NCBI GenBank assembly: GCA_963841435.1
Contig: CAWJCS010000002.1
Coordinates: 1,131,418-1,195,417, forward strand
DNA length: 64,000 nt
Reading direction: 5' to 3'
Source: an uncultured delta proteobacterium
GTDB lineage: Bacteria > Myxococcota_A > Polyangia > Polyangiales > Polyangiaceae
In this document: one piece after another, positions 50,201-59,413 of the stretch
Numbering within the stretch: position 1 is the stretch's first letter
Layout of the letters: each line of letters begins with the position of its first letter
The notes under the pieces: model-generated
The model's database searches: none
The model's input: the letters and a program-made list of their open reading frames with translations, nothing else
Told to the model about the DNA's origin: nothing
Position numbers and translations under genes: made by a program

Positions 50201-51335
50201 ACCCTGCGGCGATTTCGAGCGCGGCCCGCGCGTGGTCGCGTGGACCGCCGCGGACGAATACGGCGACATCGCCAACGCGGCCAGCACCGTGACCGTCGAC
50301 GATCAGACGCCGCCCGTGATCAGCCCGGTCAGCCCGATCACGATCGTCGCCTGCAACGCGGCCGGTGAGACCGTTCAGCTCTCGGTACCGACCGCTGCGG
50401 ATGCCTGCATCGGACCGGTCGGCGTCACCGGCAAGGTGGTCGCGAGCACCACCGCGTCCGTTCCGCGCAACGTCGTGGGCGGGCAGGTGTCGTTGCCGGC
50501 CGGCGTGCACACCATCGAGTGGTCGGCGTCGGATGGCATCAAGAGCTCGTCGGTGACGCAGGTCGTGACGGTGCGGCCGGGCATTTTCGCCAATCGCGAC
50601 CTCGAGGTGCGTGACCGTGCGCGCACGACGCTGTCCAATGGTAGCGCCGCTTCGATCAGCAATCGCGGCAACTTGCTGACGCAGATCGGTAGTGACGCCA
50701 CTTCGGGCGGGATCCTCAGCGTAGCCAGCGTCGATCTGCGCGATCGCGCGCACGTCGTCGGGTCGCTCACGACGCATGGCGGCCTCACGCGGGGCAATCA
50801 GACCACCGTGTCAGGCCCCATTCTCTTGCACACGACGGTCAACCTGCCGCCGTTCCCCAGCCTGGCGAGCGTGGTATTCCCACCGCCTGCCAGCTCACCG
50901 TCGTTCATCAACCCGGGCCCGCCGGTCCCCCTTTCGCCCGGCTCGTACGGCGACGTTTTCGTCAATTCGGGTGGCACGCTGCTCTTGTCGAGCGGCGACT
51001 ACTACTTCCTCGGTCTGACGATCAACTCGAGCTCGACGGTGCGCATCAACGACAGCACGGGTTCAGTGCGCATCTTCGTCGCCAATACGTTTGCGTACCG
51101 CAGCTCCTTCCAGCACACGAACGGCACGCTCGCTGACGTGTTCGTCGGGTACCGCGGCTCGCAGGGGACGGTGATCGAGGCACCCTTCCTGGGTACGTTC
51201 GTGGCGCCGAACGCCACGGTGGAGATGGGAACGGGGAACGTGATGGAAGTGCGCGGGCGCTTCGCGGCGCTGAACCTAATCGTTCGCCCCGCCACGAATT
51301 TGGTTTGCGTGTCGAGTTACGCGGCGACAATATAG
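47277..51335 (+). CDS. Large lipoprotein: Asp-box (BNR) beta-propellers, Cys-rich insert, HYR/Ig-like repeats, C-terminal beta-solenoid-like domain
   Basis: GGAGGAG RBS; LPTGC lipobox; WKTTNGGDTW, WRTDDGGVTW, YESDDAGATW, SLDGGATW, SFGRGIW; WTAADEYG..TVDDQTPP. Confidence 0.8.
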   Translation: MGGHDKQGGIGGARASWSLALAALGLAILPTGCGPSKSDGGVAEPTSTVSSALVGAALTPAQPGITWHGRMQAIDIDPANPQFAVAASDYGGAWKTTNGGDTWERFDDLFPKGLMDVAICPTNPEVIVITASGGGGTSLATDPGGIWRTDDGGVTWTRPTMSNVAQVQFSAYGIAFQPGAGCNAAYIGTDFGLAQCSSDVTTCTNIVVPVAGGADQVFSLAVQGSGIIDLHTNNGHRRYDGTTFSPVLNPLGAPPGTPGAPPGFFANTHTMAVSPLNPSVVFAVSNRLVPDTNPPGNLTLSDRAQVYESDDAGATWTELGNPTFDANGRPAFVFAVPSRSGNANEFDLYVGDRVDVFRQTCTEAGGGGLRCAVGNPADVPDYTVTPPALPPPWEFVTLRQGGTCGRLGVTPCAHQDPSDMVFDPMTSCPMFIAGDGGVLKLLGGRPTTTCGQTGDYSIKGTIPALQLYEITGQVHPGGPDRTDLFFSTQDDDIWASASGGDNWDANVEFEGGGLQIAHSMPDRTNTLLTAYTCAGCYNFEGTSAFASTSAWGWPDTFAARVVGNRKDRVIFSCPDDDLDGVCDVCVDTEMPLGQCDKGAAGVPCQDAQGLALTFTPGDPMPTCVGQPCVNNYNNTSGSGSADGLCDPIGGISFQALAPVALPDGSWLQWDGGSRSFATANASPPVSTILTPSQLWMSDVGGLNWAPVPVITLGNPGDTEALTEYANWIGAVASGPGGTLVFYQPTSVPDAGGNRTNGLRRVNALTSGTPVFARADVGLPSLTSAAAGYIGVAVDPTDSTRLLAETVAGIRISSASGSSWNTSAGTSQLDTLVGAGGRIYPAVSAIGFDNANGNRMLVGTHEGGALASLDGGATWARLCGSARVPLITKFFFDEVENHTYLSSFGRGIWYVDPTQRQVPEFTTLPHNVTAYDCGPVNIGTASASDACQIDSTAISVTAAADSAYGDPDYGCQTGVRPCGDFERGPRVVAWTAADEYGDIANAASTVTVDDQTPPVISPVSPITIVACNAAGETVQLSVPTAADACIGPVGVTGKVVASTTASVPRNVVGGQVSLPAGVHTIEWSASDGIKSSSVTQVVTVRPGIFANRDLEVRDRARTTLSNGSAASISNRGNLLTQIGSDATSGGILSVASVDLRDRAHVVGSLTTHGGLTRGNQTTVSGPILLHTTVNLPPFPSLASVVFPPPASSPSFINPGPPVPLSPGSYGDVFVNSGGTLLLSSGDYYFLGLTINSSSTVRINDSTGSVRIFVANTFAYRSSFQHTNGTLADVFVGYRGSQGTVIEAPFLGTFVAPNATVEMGTGNVMEVRGRFAALNLIVRPATNLVCVSSYAATI

Positions 51336-51350
51336 GACGTGAGAGCGATC

Positions 51351-51971
51351 ATGGATCGCAATGTTCGCATGCAGGATCGTTGGCGCCGCCGTCTCGGGGG
51401 CCTGTTCGTCGCGGGCGCGCTCGTCGCGTGCGGCAAGAGCAGCACCGTCGGCGGCGGCGCCGGCGGGAGCGGCGGCACGGCCGTCACGACCGGCGGCGCG
51501 GGTGGCACGAGTGGCACTGGCAGCGGTAGCGGCGGTACCAGCGCGAGTGGCGCCAGCGGCACCGGAGGCGCGCTGGAAGCCGGCATGAGCGGCGGGGGCG
51601 ATGGCGAGGAGTCCGGCACTGGTGGCTCCGCTGGCAGCGCGGGGCGCGGTGCGGGTGGAACGCAAACCGGCGGTAGCGGCGGTTCCACCGCAGGTCGCGG
51701 CGGGGGAGCGGGATCGGGCGGCACCGGCGGAGCGGGTGGAGCGGCCGGCTCCGCGGGCACCGGCGCCGGAGCGGGCGGCTATGCCTGCACCGAACCCGGA
51801 ACCGCGTACGTGTGCCCCTGTCCCCAGGGGAGCCCCGGGGCCAGCCGATGCACCTGCCTTCAGACGTGCACGAACAACTCCGATTGCTCCGCCGGGGTGT
51901 GCCAGCAAACCGAAGGCCCTGACATCCAGCGCTTCTGCCCGCCGCCGTCCGAATTCTGTCGGGGCGGGTGA
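51351..51971 (+). CDS. Gly-rich lipoprotein with small Cys-rich C-terminal domain
   Basis: LVAC lipobox; long Gly linker; about 10 Cys in the last 65 aa. Confidence 0.7.
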   Translation: MDRNVRMQDRWRRRLGGLFVAGALVACGKSSTVGGGAGGSGGTAVTTGGAGGTSGTGSGSGGTSASGASGTGGALEAGMSGGGDGEESGTGGSAGSAGRGAGGTQTGGSGGSTAGRGGGAGSGGTGGAGGAAGSAGTGAGAGGYACTEPGTAYVCPCPQGSPGASRCTCLQTCTNNSDCSAGVCQQTEGPDIQRFCPPPSEFCRGG

Positions 51972-52148
51972 AGCCGGCAGGGCAGGACCGTCACTCAGGC
52001 ATTACCACGCCTCGCGTCGCTTCCTGTCCCGTTGCGTCCCCGTCCGGCCGCGGCCGCGCTCTGCCGGCCGGGGCGCGCGGCTGTGAGCCAGCGCGGAGCC
52101 CCTGGTTCGTGCAAGCCTCGCCCCATGGTGAAACACTCGGCTACTTCG

Positions 52149-52778
52149 ATGGCGAAAGCGACCAAGACCAAGAAACCCGCTTCGGCGGCGGAGCTCTCCA
52201 CGAAGCTCTTTCCAACCGCGCGCGCCTGGGAGAAGTGGCTCGATGCGAACCACGGCCGCTCGCGGGGCCTCTGGCTGAAGATCGCGAAGCCGAGCGCGGG
52301 CGTAGCGTCCGTCGGCTACGCCGAAGCTCTGGAGGCTGCGCTGCTCTTCGGCTGGATCGACGGCCAGAAGCAAAAGTACGACGAGCATTTTTGGCTCCAG
52401 AAGTTCACTCCGCGCGGCACAAAGAGCCGCTGGTCACAGAGGAACCGGGCGATCGCGACGCGCCTGATGAAGGACGGGCGCATGCGACCAGCCGGGCGCG
52501 CGGCCCTGGAGGGCGCGAAGCGCGACGGAAGATGGGCAAAGGCCTACCCCTCGCAAGGTCGCGCGACCGTTCCCCCCGATCTGCAACGTGCCCTTGAGAC
52601 CGACCCCGAGGCGCTTCTGTTCTTCGCGACCCTCGACAGCCGCAACCGGTTCGCGATCCTTTTTCGCGTGCACGATGCGAAGAAGCCCGAAACGCGCGCG
52701 AAGCGCATCGCGGATTTCCTCCGAATGTTGGCGCGTCACGAGACTCTTCACCCCCGGTCGCGACGCGGCTCGAAGTGA
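52149..52778 (+). CDS. YdeI/OmpD-associated (bacteriocin-protection) family protein
   Basis: WEKWLDANH, ALLFGWIDG, FTPRGTKSRWSQRN, VPPDLQRAL, AKKPETRAKRI. Confidence 0.92.
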   Translation: MAKATKTKKPASAAELSTKLFPTARAWEKWLDANHGRSRGLWLKIAKPSAGVASVGYAEALEAALLFGWIDGQKQKYDEHFWLQKFTPRGTKSRWSQRNRAIATRLMKDGRMRPAGRAALEGAKRDGRWAKAYPSQGRATVPPDLQRALETDPEALLFFATLDSRNRFAILFRVHDAKKPETRAKRIADFLRMLARHETLHPRSRRGSK

Positions 52779-53018
52779 GGTCGCGGAGACCGGCGAAGCT
52801 CGAGCGGCCGTGCGGAAGGTGGGAGGTGAAAGTGAAAGGTGGGAGGTGAAAGTGGGATGGGATGAAGGTAAAAGGGAGAAGGACGCGGGGGAGGCGGCGT
52901 GGTAAATTAGCGGCTTAGCTCCCAGGAGCCGCTGAGTGGCGGCTCTTGCGGGAATGAGGAGAAAAGGGCGTTCGGTCTGATCATCCACGCGCCCTCGCGA
53001 CAACGGAGAGAAGGCCCA

Positions 53019-56000
53019 ATGCGCTCACGACCGCCCGCCTCGCCTCGAACTGGTCCGGACGCTCCCGCGGCCGCGGCATCGCCCACTTCGGTGCTCCGGC
53101 GGCTGGTTCTGCCTGCGGTTCTGGTGCTTTCGTCAATCTCGGCCTGCGGTGGTGACGATGACGCGCCCCCGCCGCCGACCGGTGGGCGGGGCGGAGCGGC
53201 GGGCGCGGCTGCTCACGCGGGCAGCGCCGGTGAGTCCGGCGAGGCGGGCGAGATGGGCATGGGTGGACAGGCGGGGACCGGCGGTTCCGAGCTCGGGGGC
53301 GGGAGTGGGGTCGGCGGGGGCAGCGGCGGCTCGAACGGAGGCAGCGCCGGCAACCAGACGACGGGAGGCAGCGGAGGGGACGGAGGGACCGGCGGTGGTG
53401 TTCCGCCAGGCAGCGGCGGTGCTCCGCCCGGTAGCGGCGGTTCCGGTGGAACGAGCACCGATGGTGGAACGTCGGGCACGGGAGCCAACGCCGGCTCGAC
53501 GGGAAGCTCCGGCACCGGAGGCGGCGGCGAAGGCGGCATCGGGAACGCCGGTGAAGCCGGTGCCGGCGGAGAGAGCGACACGACGGGCGGTACCGGCGGC
53601 AGCACGGGCGGCACGGGCGGCAGCACGGGCGGAACCGGCGGCACCTTGAGCGGCACCGGCGGCAGCACGGGCGGTAGCGGCGGCACTTTGGGCGGCACGG
53701 GCGGTAGCGGCGGCAGCACCGGCGGCACCGGTGGGAGCTTGGGCGGCACCGGCGGCAGCACGGGCGGTACCGGCGGCACGGGCGGCACTTTGGGCGGTAC
53801 CGGCGGCACTTTGGGCGGCACCGGCGGCACTTTGGGCGGCACCGGCGGCACCGGTGGGAGCTTGGGCGGCACCGGCGGCAGCACGGGCGGTAGCGGCGGC
53901 ACGGGCGGCACCTTGGGCGGTACCGGCGGCACGGGCGGCACCGGCGGCTCGGTCGATCCGTGTGCGTCCGAGAGCTGCGACGGGCACGGCGTGTGCGTGG
54001 CCGTGCAGGGTGTGCCGGCCTGTCAGTGCGACGCCGGCTACGGCCAGCCGATCGGCAATCCGCTCTCCTGTGAGGAACGTCAACGAGTGCCTGGTGAACA
54101 GCGGCGACTGTGACCCGCTCACCACCTGCACCAACACGCCGGGCGCGTTCACGTGCAGCGCTTGCCCGCCAGGCTACACGGGTGACGGCGCCACGGGCTG
54201 CGTCGCCGAGGTGTGCACCGGTGATCCCGGCACCCAATGCCCCTGCGTGAAGGTCAACCCGAGCGGCGACGATGCGCTCGGCACCACGAGCCACGGTCTT
54301 TCTCCGTTCGCGTCCGTGCAGGCCGCCATCGATTTCGCAGCGGCGTACCCCGAGGTCGCGACGAACGTTTGCGTCGCGGCGGGCGCGGCTTGCGGTGCGA
54401 GCCACTCGTATCCCGGGCCGACGGGCGCGGATCTGACGATGCGCGACGGCATCGGCGTCTACGGCGCGTACGAGTCGACGACGTGGGGGCGCTGCGCCCT
54501 GTCCACCACCACGCTTTCGCCGACGACGGCCACGGGCGTGCTGTTCGGTTCGGGCATCACGCAAGCGACCACGCTCGACGGCTTCACCATCGAGCTGCTC
54601 GATGCGGCCACGACGACCGGCGTCACCGTCAACGGCGCCTCGGGCGTCACCTTGAACGACCTCGTCGTCACGGACGTGAATCTCGTGCAGTCGGCGAGCA
54701 GGTTCGGGGTGGACGTGCTGAACGGTGGCGACGCGACCCTCACGCAGTGTGACGTGCGCTTGCTCAGCCTCGAGGGCTGGAATGCCGTCGGCGTGCGCTC
54801 CGCCCAGTCCCGCGTGACCGTGTCCCAATCTAGCGTGGCCGAGTACATCGAGATTGGTCCGGTGGTCGGCATCGAGCTTTCGGACTCACCCGGGTCGCTG
54901 ATCGAGGGCTCGAGCATCACGGTCACGCGCGACACGGATACCGACGGCGAGTACTCCGCGGTGGGAGCCCAGATCGGGGGTGACGCCGACGGCGTGAGCG
55001 TCGAGGGCATGACGATTACCCTGAACGCCGGCGACTCCTCGACGGGAATCGAGCTTTATGGAACCGGCAGCGTTGCGCTCTCGAACAACGCGATCAAGGT
55101 CACGGGCTACGGCGGCTACCTCGATGGCATCGGGGCGAGCGGCGGACAGTTGGCCATCGAGAACAATCAGGTCCTGATCAACGTCGTGGGAGCGGGGACG
55201 ACCGCGCAGGTCGACGAGACCGGCATCAGCTGCAGCGGCTCGTGCACGATTCTCGACAACGACGTGCAGATCGAGCACAGCAACAACACCATCGGCAATG
55301 CCGGCACCTCGATGGGGATCTATTGCCAAGGCTGCGACGAGGTCTCGGGAAACAGCGCAGGATTGCTTGGCGGCAACTACCCCTACACGATCGGCGGCCC
55401 TCGCTCCACGTACTACAACGCGATCGGGATGAGCCTCGGCGCCGCCCTCATCGATCGGAACTCGATCGACCTCGGCTGGGCCGACACCGGCGTGGGGCTC
55501 ATCACGAGCGGCTCGCGCGTCCAGAACAACTTCATCTCGGGGCGATCGGCACCCACGAGCGCCCCGGGCAATCCGAACCCGATCGATCTGCCGAGCAAGA
55601 GCTACGGCCTCCAGGCTGGCCCGAACACCGACATCCACTCGAACACCATCAGCTCCGGGGTCTGCACAGGCGACAACGCGGCCATCCGGCTGAGCGGCTC
55701 GGGCAGCACGGTGCGCAACAACATCCTCACCGGCTGCGCCTACAACCTGCTCGAACAAAATGCGAGCTCCGACCCGGCCGCCCTCGAGAACAACGACTTC
55801 GTCGGGCCGAGCTATGAGGACGAAGGCACGACCCTCCTGTCGTCCGTCGCGGCAATCAATGCGCTCTCCGGAGCCGCGTCGAACTTCTCGGGCGTCTGCT
55901 CGACGCAAGCGCCGTGGCCCTGCCTGAACACCGGCACGACCACGCAGGCGCCCAGCTACGATTTCAACGGCAAGGCGCGCGATTCGATGCCGGAACGTCG

Positions 56001-57568
56001 GCGCGGTGGAGTGGAACGACCCTTGTGTCGGGCAGACGTGCGGCGGGCACGGGACGTGCGGACCGCCGGGTGCCTGCACCTGCGACGCAGGGTACATCCA
56101 GGACCCGAATAACGTCATGGCCTGCGTGCTCGACGCGTGCGCCATCAACAACGGCGGTTGCGACGCGCTCACGACCTGCACCAACACGACGAACGGCCCA
56201 TCGTGCGGCTCGTGTCCATCCGGGTACACCGGCACCGGCGCGACGGGCTGCACGGACATCGACGAATGCCAGTCCAACAACGGCGGCTGTGACCCGCTCG
56301 TGACCTGCACCAACGTCCCCGGCGGCCGCACCTGTGGGGCATGCCCGAGTGGGTACGTCGGCAGTGGTAACACAGAATGTTACGCCGACGAGTGCGCGAG
56401 CTACAACGGCGGCTGTGACCCGCTCGTCACCTGCACCAACGATCCTGGCGGAGCGATCTGCGGGGCGTGCCCGAGCGGCTACATCGGTGACGGCTACTCC
56501 GGCTGCATCGTGGACCCCTGCACGATCGACAACGGGGGTTGCGACCCACTCACCGCCTGCAACGCCTCGTCGGGCAGCGTGGTCTGCGGTGCCTGCCCGG
56601 CTGGCTACACCGGGACCGGGGCGACCGGCTGCGTCGCGCTCCCCTGCACGTCGAATCCCTGCCAGCACGGCGCCGCCTGCACGAACCTGGCGGGCCCGCC
56701 TGCCGACTACCAGTGCGCGTGCCCGGCCGGCATCAACGGCAAGAACTGCGACATCGTGTTCACCGACATCAAGGGAAGCTTCGGCGGCACCTGCGGCCTC
56801 CGGAGCGACGGGAAGGTCGCGTGCTGGAACGCGCCCGACCTGGCCACGGACCCGCCGGCGGGAACGTTTGACTCGATCGCGACGGCGGCCGTCGCGGACC
56901 AGCTCTGCGGCCTCGACTCGGGCGGCGTCGCACACTGCTTCGGTGCCGACTACAACGGCGTAAAAAACCCTCCCAGCACGGCGTTCTCAGCCATATCCAT
57001 CTCCGCGGACGGCGCGTGCGGCCTGCCCCTGACCGGCGGTATCTCATGCTGGGATCCCGGACCCGGCGCGCTGTACACGCTCCCGACGACCGGCTCGTTC
57101 ACGGCGATCTCGATGGGCGCATATCACACGTGCGCCGTCCGGGCGGATCAGACGCTGGCCTGCTGGGGTGTAACCGGAATCTCCAGCATCGATTTTGGCC
57201 AGACGATACCTCCGAGCGGTACGTTTCTGGACGTGACGTCCGGCACGTACGGAAGCTGCGCGCGCCGTACGGACTCGACGGTGGCGTGCTGGGGCGCTCG
57301 CGGGAGCACTGGACTGCCGCTCACCGCACCGAGCGGCACATTCTCCACCATCGAGTACCACTCGGACTACGGCTGCGGCGTCAAGACGGACGGCTCGCTC
57401 GCCTGCTGGGCCGGAGGCCCCTTCGGGACCCCCCTCACCCTTCCCACGGGCACGTTTCGCAACGTCACGACGAACCTCTGGCACGCCTGCGCGATCCGCA
57501 CCGACGACAGCGTCGTGTGCTTCGGGTACAACGCCAACAATTCGCCAATCCCGACCGGGCAGCCGTAG
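53019..57568 (+). CDS. ~1500-aa surface lipoprotein: Gly-Thr linker, EGF/EGF-Ca repeats, beta-helix, RCC1-like repeats (two +1 indels)
   Basis: ISAC lipobox; removing one A at ~54076 gives SCEDVNEC and one A at ~55994 gives DSMPDVGAVEW, joining three ORFs; DIDECQSNNGGCDPLVTC; HTCAVRADQTLACWG. Confidence 0.85.
53581..53950 (+). repeat. Coding minisatellite, mainly 21-bp units (GGTGGST / GGTGGTL)
   Basis: Units such as ggcggcaccggcggcactttg and ggcggtaccggcggcagcacg repeated in tandem, some exactly. Confidence 0.85.
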
Positions 57569-57804
57569 TTATAAATCCCCGAGGCAGCGGTCGCCCTCGG
57601 GAACTTCGGGGCGACAGACATAGCCAATGTTCAGACAGCAGCTCTCGCTCTCGCCACAACCCATGGCGGCGCCGGCCGTTGCGCCCCCGGCGCCGGTATC
57701 AAGACCCCTGTTCGGGCCGATGGAGCGGCCGCAGGCTGCTGCACCAGCACCAGGTGGCTGCACGTTCCGGGCGCGCTACAGTGGTGTGCGGAGGCTCGAA
57801 GACG

Positions 57805-59163
57805 ATGAAGGGACGGTACGCGCCACGCTGGCTCCTCCTCGGGCTGGTCGCCGTCGGCGCTTCCTGCGGGGGCAAATCGAAAGAGCTCCCAACGGAAGCG
57901 GACAACCCCCACACCGGCGGCTCCAGCACGTCCGGCGGCGCCGGTGGAACGCTCGGTGTGGCAGGCGGCGGCGGTGGCCGCGCCGGCACGGGCAGCAGCG
58001 CGGGTAGCGGCGCGGTCGGTGCAACAGGGGCCGTCGCAGGTTCGACCGGAAGCACCGCCGGCAACGCTGGCGCCGGGAACGACGGCGCGGGTGGAGCGAG
58101 CGCGGGAAGTGGCGCGACCGGTGGCGTCACCGCGGGAGAAGGGGGCGAAGCGGGTCTCGGTGAGGGCGGTGCGGGAGGGCAGCCCCAGTGCGACGGCGCC
58201 GTCAACCCCGTCACGTTCGTCAGCTCCGCCGAGGTCACCTTCTACCAGCTCGCCTTCGACGACGACTACGTCTACTGGAACGACGGCACCGCGATCCAGC
58301 GGCAGGGCAAGCGCGGCGACACGCCCGAGCCCTTCGCCGCGACCGGGCCCAGCGCCTTCGGTGTCACCATCGATGGGGCCCGCATCTACTGGTCCGCATC
58401 CAACGGCAGCGGGTGGAGCATCTACGCCGCGCCCCTGGACGCACCGGGCGCCGTGGCCGAGGTCGTCAACGATGCGGCGCGGGTCGGCTGGGCCGTGAGC
58501 AACGACATCCTCTACTACGCGTCCGTCCCGGGTGGCGTCGGTGGAGCGGGCGGCGGGCCCGGTGTCGCCGACGCTGCCACGGTGGTCGCCGTTCCGAGCA
58601 GCGGCGGCTCGCCCCTGTTCACAGCCGATCACGCGAGCGACGTGGCCCTCGGTCCCTTCGCCGCCGACACCACGGGAGCCTACTGGGCCTACAACATCCT
58701 GAACGACTCCGTCGCGGGCGTGGGCGGCGCCGGCAACGGTGGCGCCGGCTCCAGCATCCGCAAGCTATCCGTTCCCGGCGGCACGGCGAGCGACTTTGCG
58801 CCCGTGAGCACCGTCCCGCTGACCATGCTGGTCGCCACCGGATCCAAAGTCGTCTGGGTCGACACGCCGAGCACCGGCCCCGCCAGGGTCTTTGCGAGCA
58901 ATCCCGACGGAACCGCGCGCGTCGCGCTCGGCAGCGCCCCGCTCATCCGCGGTCTCGCGAGCGACGGCACCGACGCCTACTGGGCGGCGAGCGCCCCCGG
59001 CGACGCCTTCAGCGACATCTTCCGAACCCCGCTCCAGGGAGGCACCACCCAGAGCCTCGCTTGCCACGTCGACGGCGTGCTTTCGATGGCGGTCGACGAG
59101 AGCGACGTTTACTACGTCAGCTGGGGACCACCGCAGAACATCGCACGGATTCCGAAGCAGTGA
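57805..59163 (+). CDS. Gly-rich lipoprotein with beta-propeller (DUF5050-like)
   Basis: GASC lipobox; LAFDDDYVYW, VTIDGARIYW, LASDGTDAYW, MAVDESDVYY repeats. Confidence 0.8.
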   Translation: MKGRYAPRWLLLGLVAVGASCGGKSKELPTEADNPHTGGSSTSGGAGGTLGVAGGGGGRAGTGSSAGSGAVGATGAVAGSTGSTAGNAGAGNDGAGGASAGSGATGGVTAGEGGEAGLGEGGAGGQPQCDGAVNPVTFVSSAEVTFYQLAFDDDYVYWNDGTAIQRQGKRGDTPEPFAATGPSAFGVTIDGARIYWSASNGSGWSIYAAPLDAPGAVAEVVNDAARVGWAVSNDILYYASVPGGVGGAGGGPGVADAATVVAVPSSGGSPLFTADHASDVALGPFAADTTGAYWAYNILNDSVAGVGGAGNGGAGSSIRKLSVPGGTASDFAPVSTVPLTMLVATGSKVVWVDTPSTGPARVFASNPDGTARVALGSAPLIRGLASDGTDAYWAASAPGDAFSDIFRTPLQGGTTQSLACHVDGVLSMAVDESDVYYVSWGPPQNIARIPKQ

Positions 59164-59301
59164 GCGGGCCGAACGAGCTGCGGGGCGAGCACTTCGGACT
59201 CACCGGCGCATAGAGCGCGGGGGCCTGCAGGGGAGATACGGAAGGTGAAGGTGGAAGTGAATGTGAAGGAGGGAGGCGGCGGCGAAACCGGCGTTAGCCG
59301 G

Positions 59302-59346
59302 TAGCGCCCCCGATACGATTCGAACGTACGACCTTGGCTTTAGGAA
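59302..59346 (-). mobile_element. att site: displaced 3' half of tRNA-Arg(CCT)
   Basis: Minus strand TTCCTAA (anticodon loop) AGCCA AGGTC GTACG-TTCGAAT-CGTAT CGGGGGC G; no matching D-arm or 5' acceptor strand; 68 bp from the integrase stop. Confidence 0.85.
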
Positions 59347-59413
59347 GGGTCGCGCGCCGCGGGGCGTGGTTTTCCCGTACGACAGCAGAACGATTCGGAT
59401 TTCGAGCGGCTCG

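Noticed and set aside
53581-53950. CRISPR or non-coding tandem repeat
   Set aside because: In-frame Gly-Thr linker of the giant lipoprotein.
52981-54828. Long Arg/Cys- or Pro-rich ORFs (also 22825..25056, 11356..12939, 47964..49856)
   Set aside because: Antisense or off-frame shadows of genuine Gly-rich genes, expected at high GC.
59302-59380. Complete tRNA-Arg gene
   Set aside because: Only the anticodon loop to 3' end is present; upstream bases (GACCC) cannot pair with AGCCA and there is no D-arm or 5' acceptor strand.
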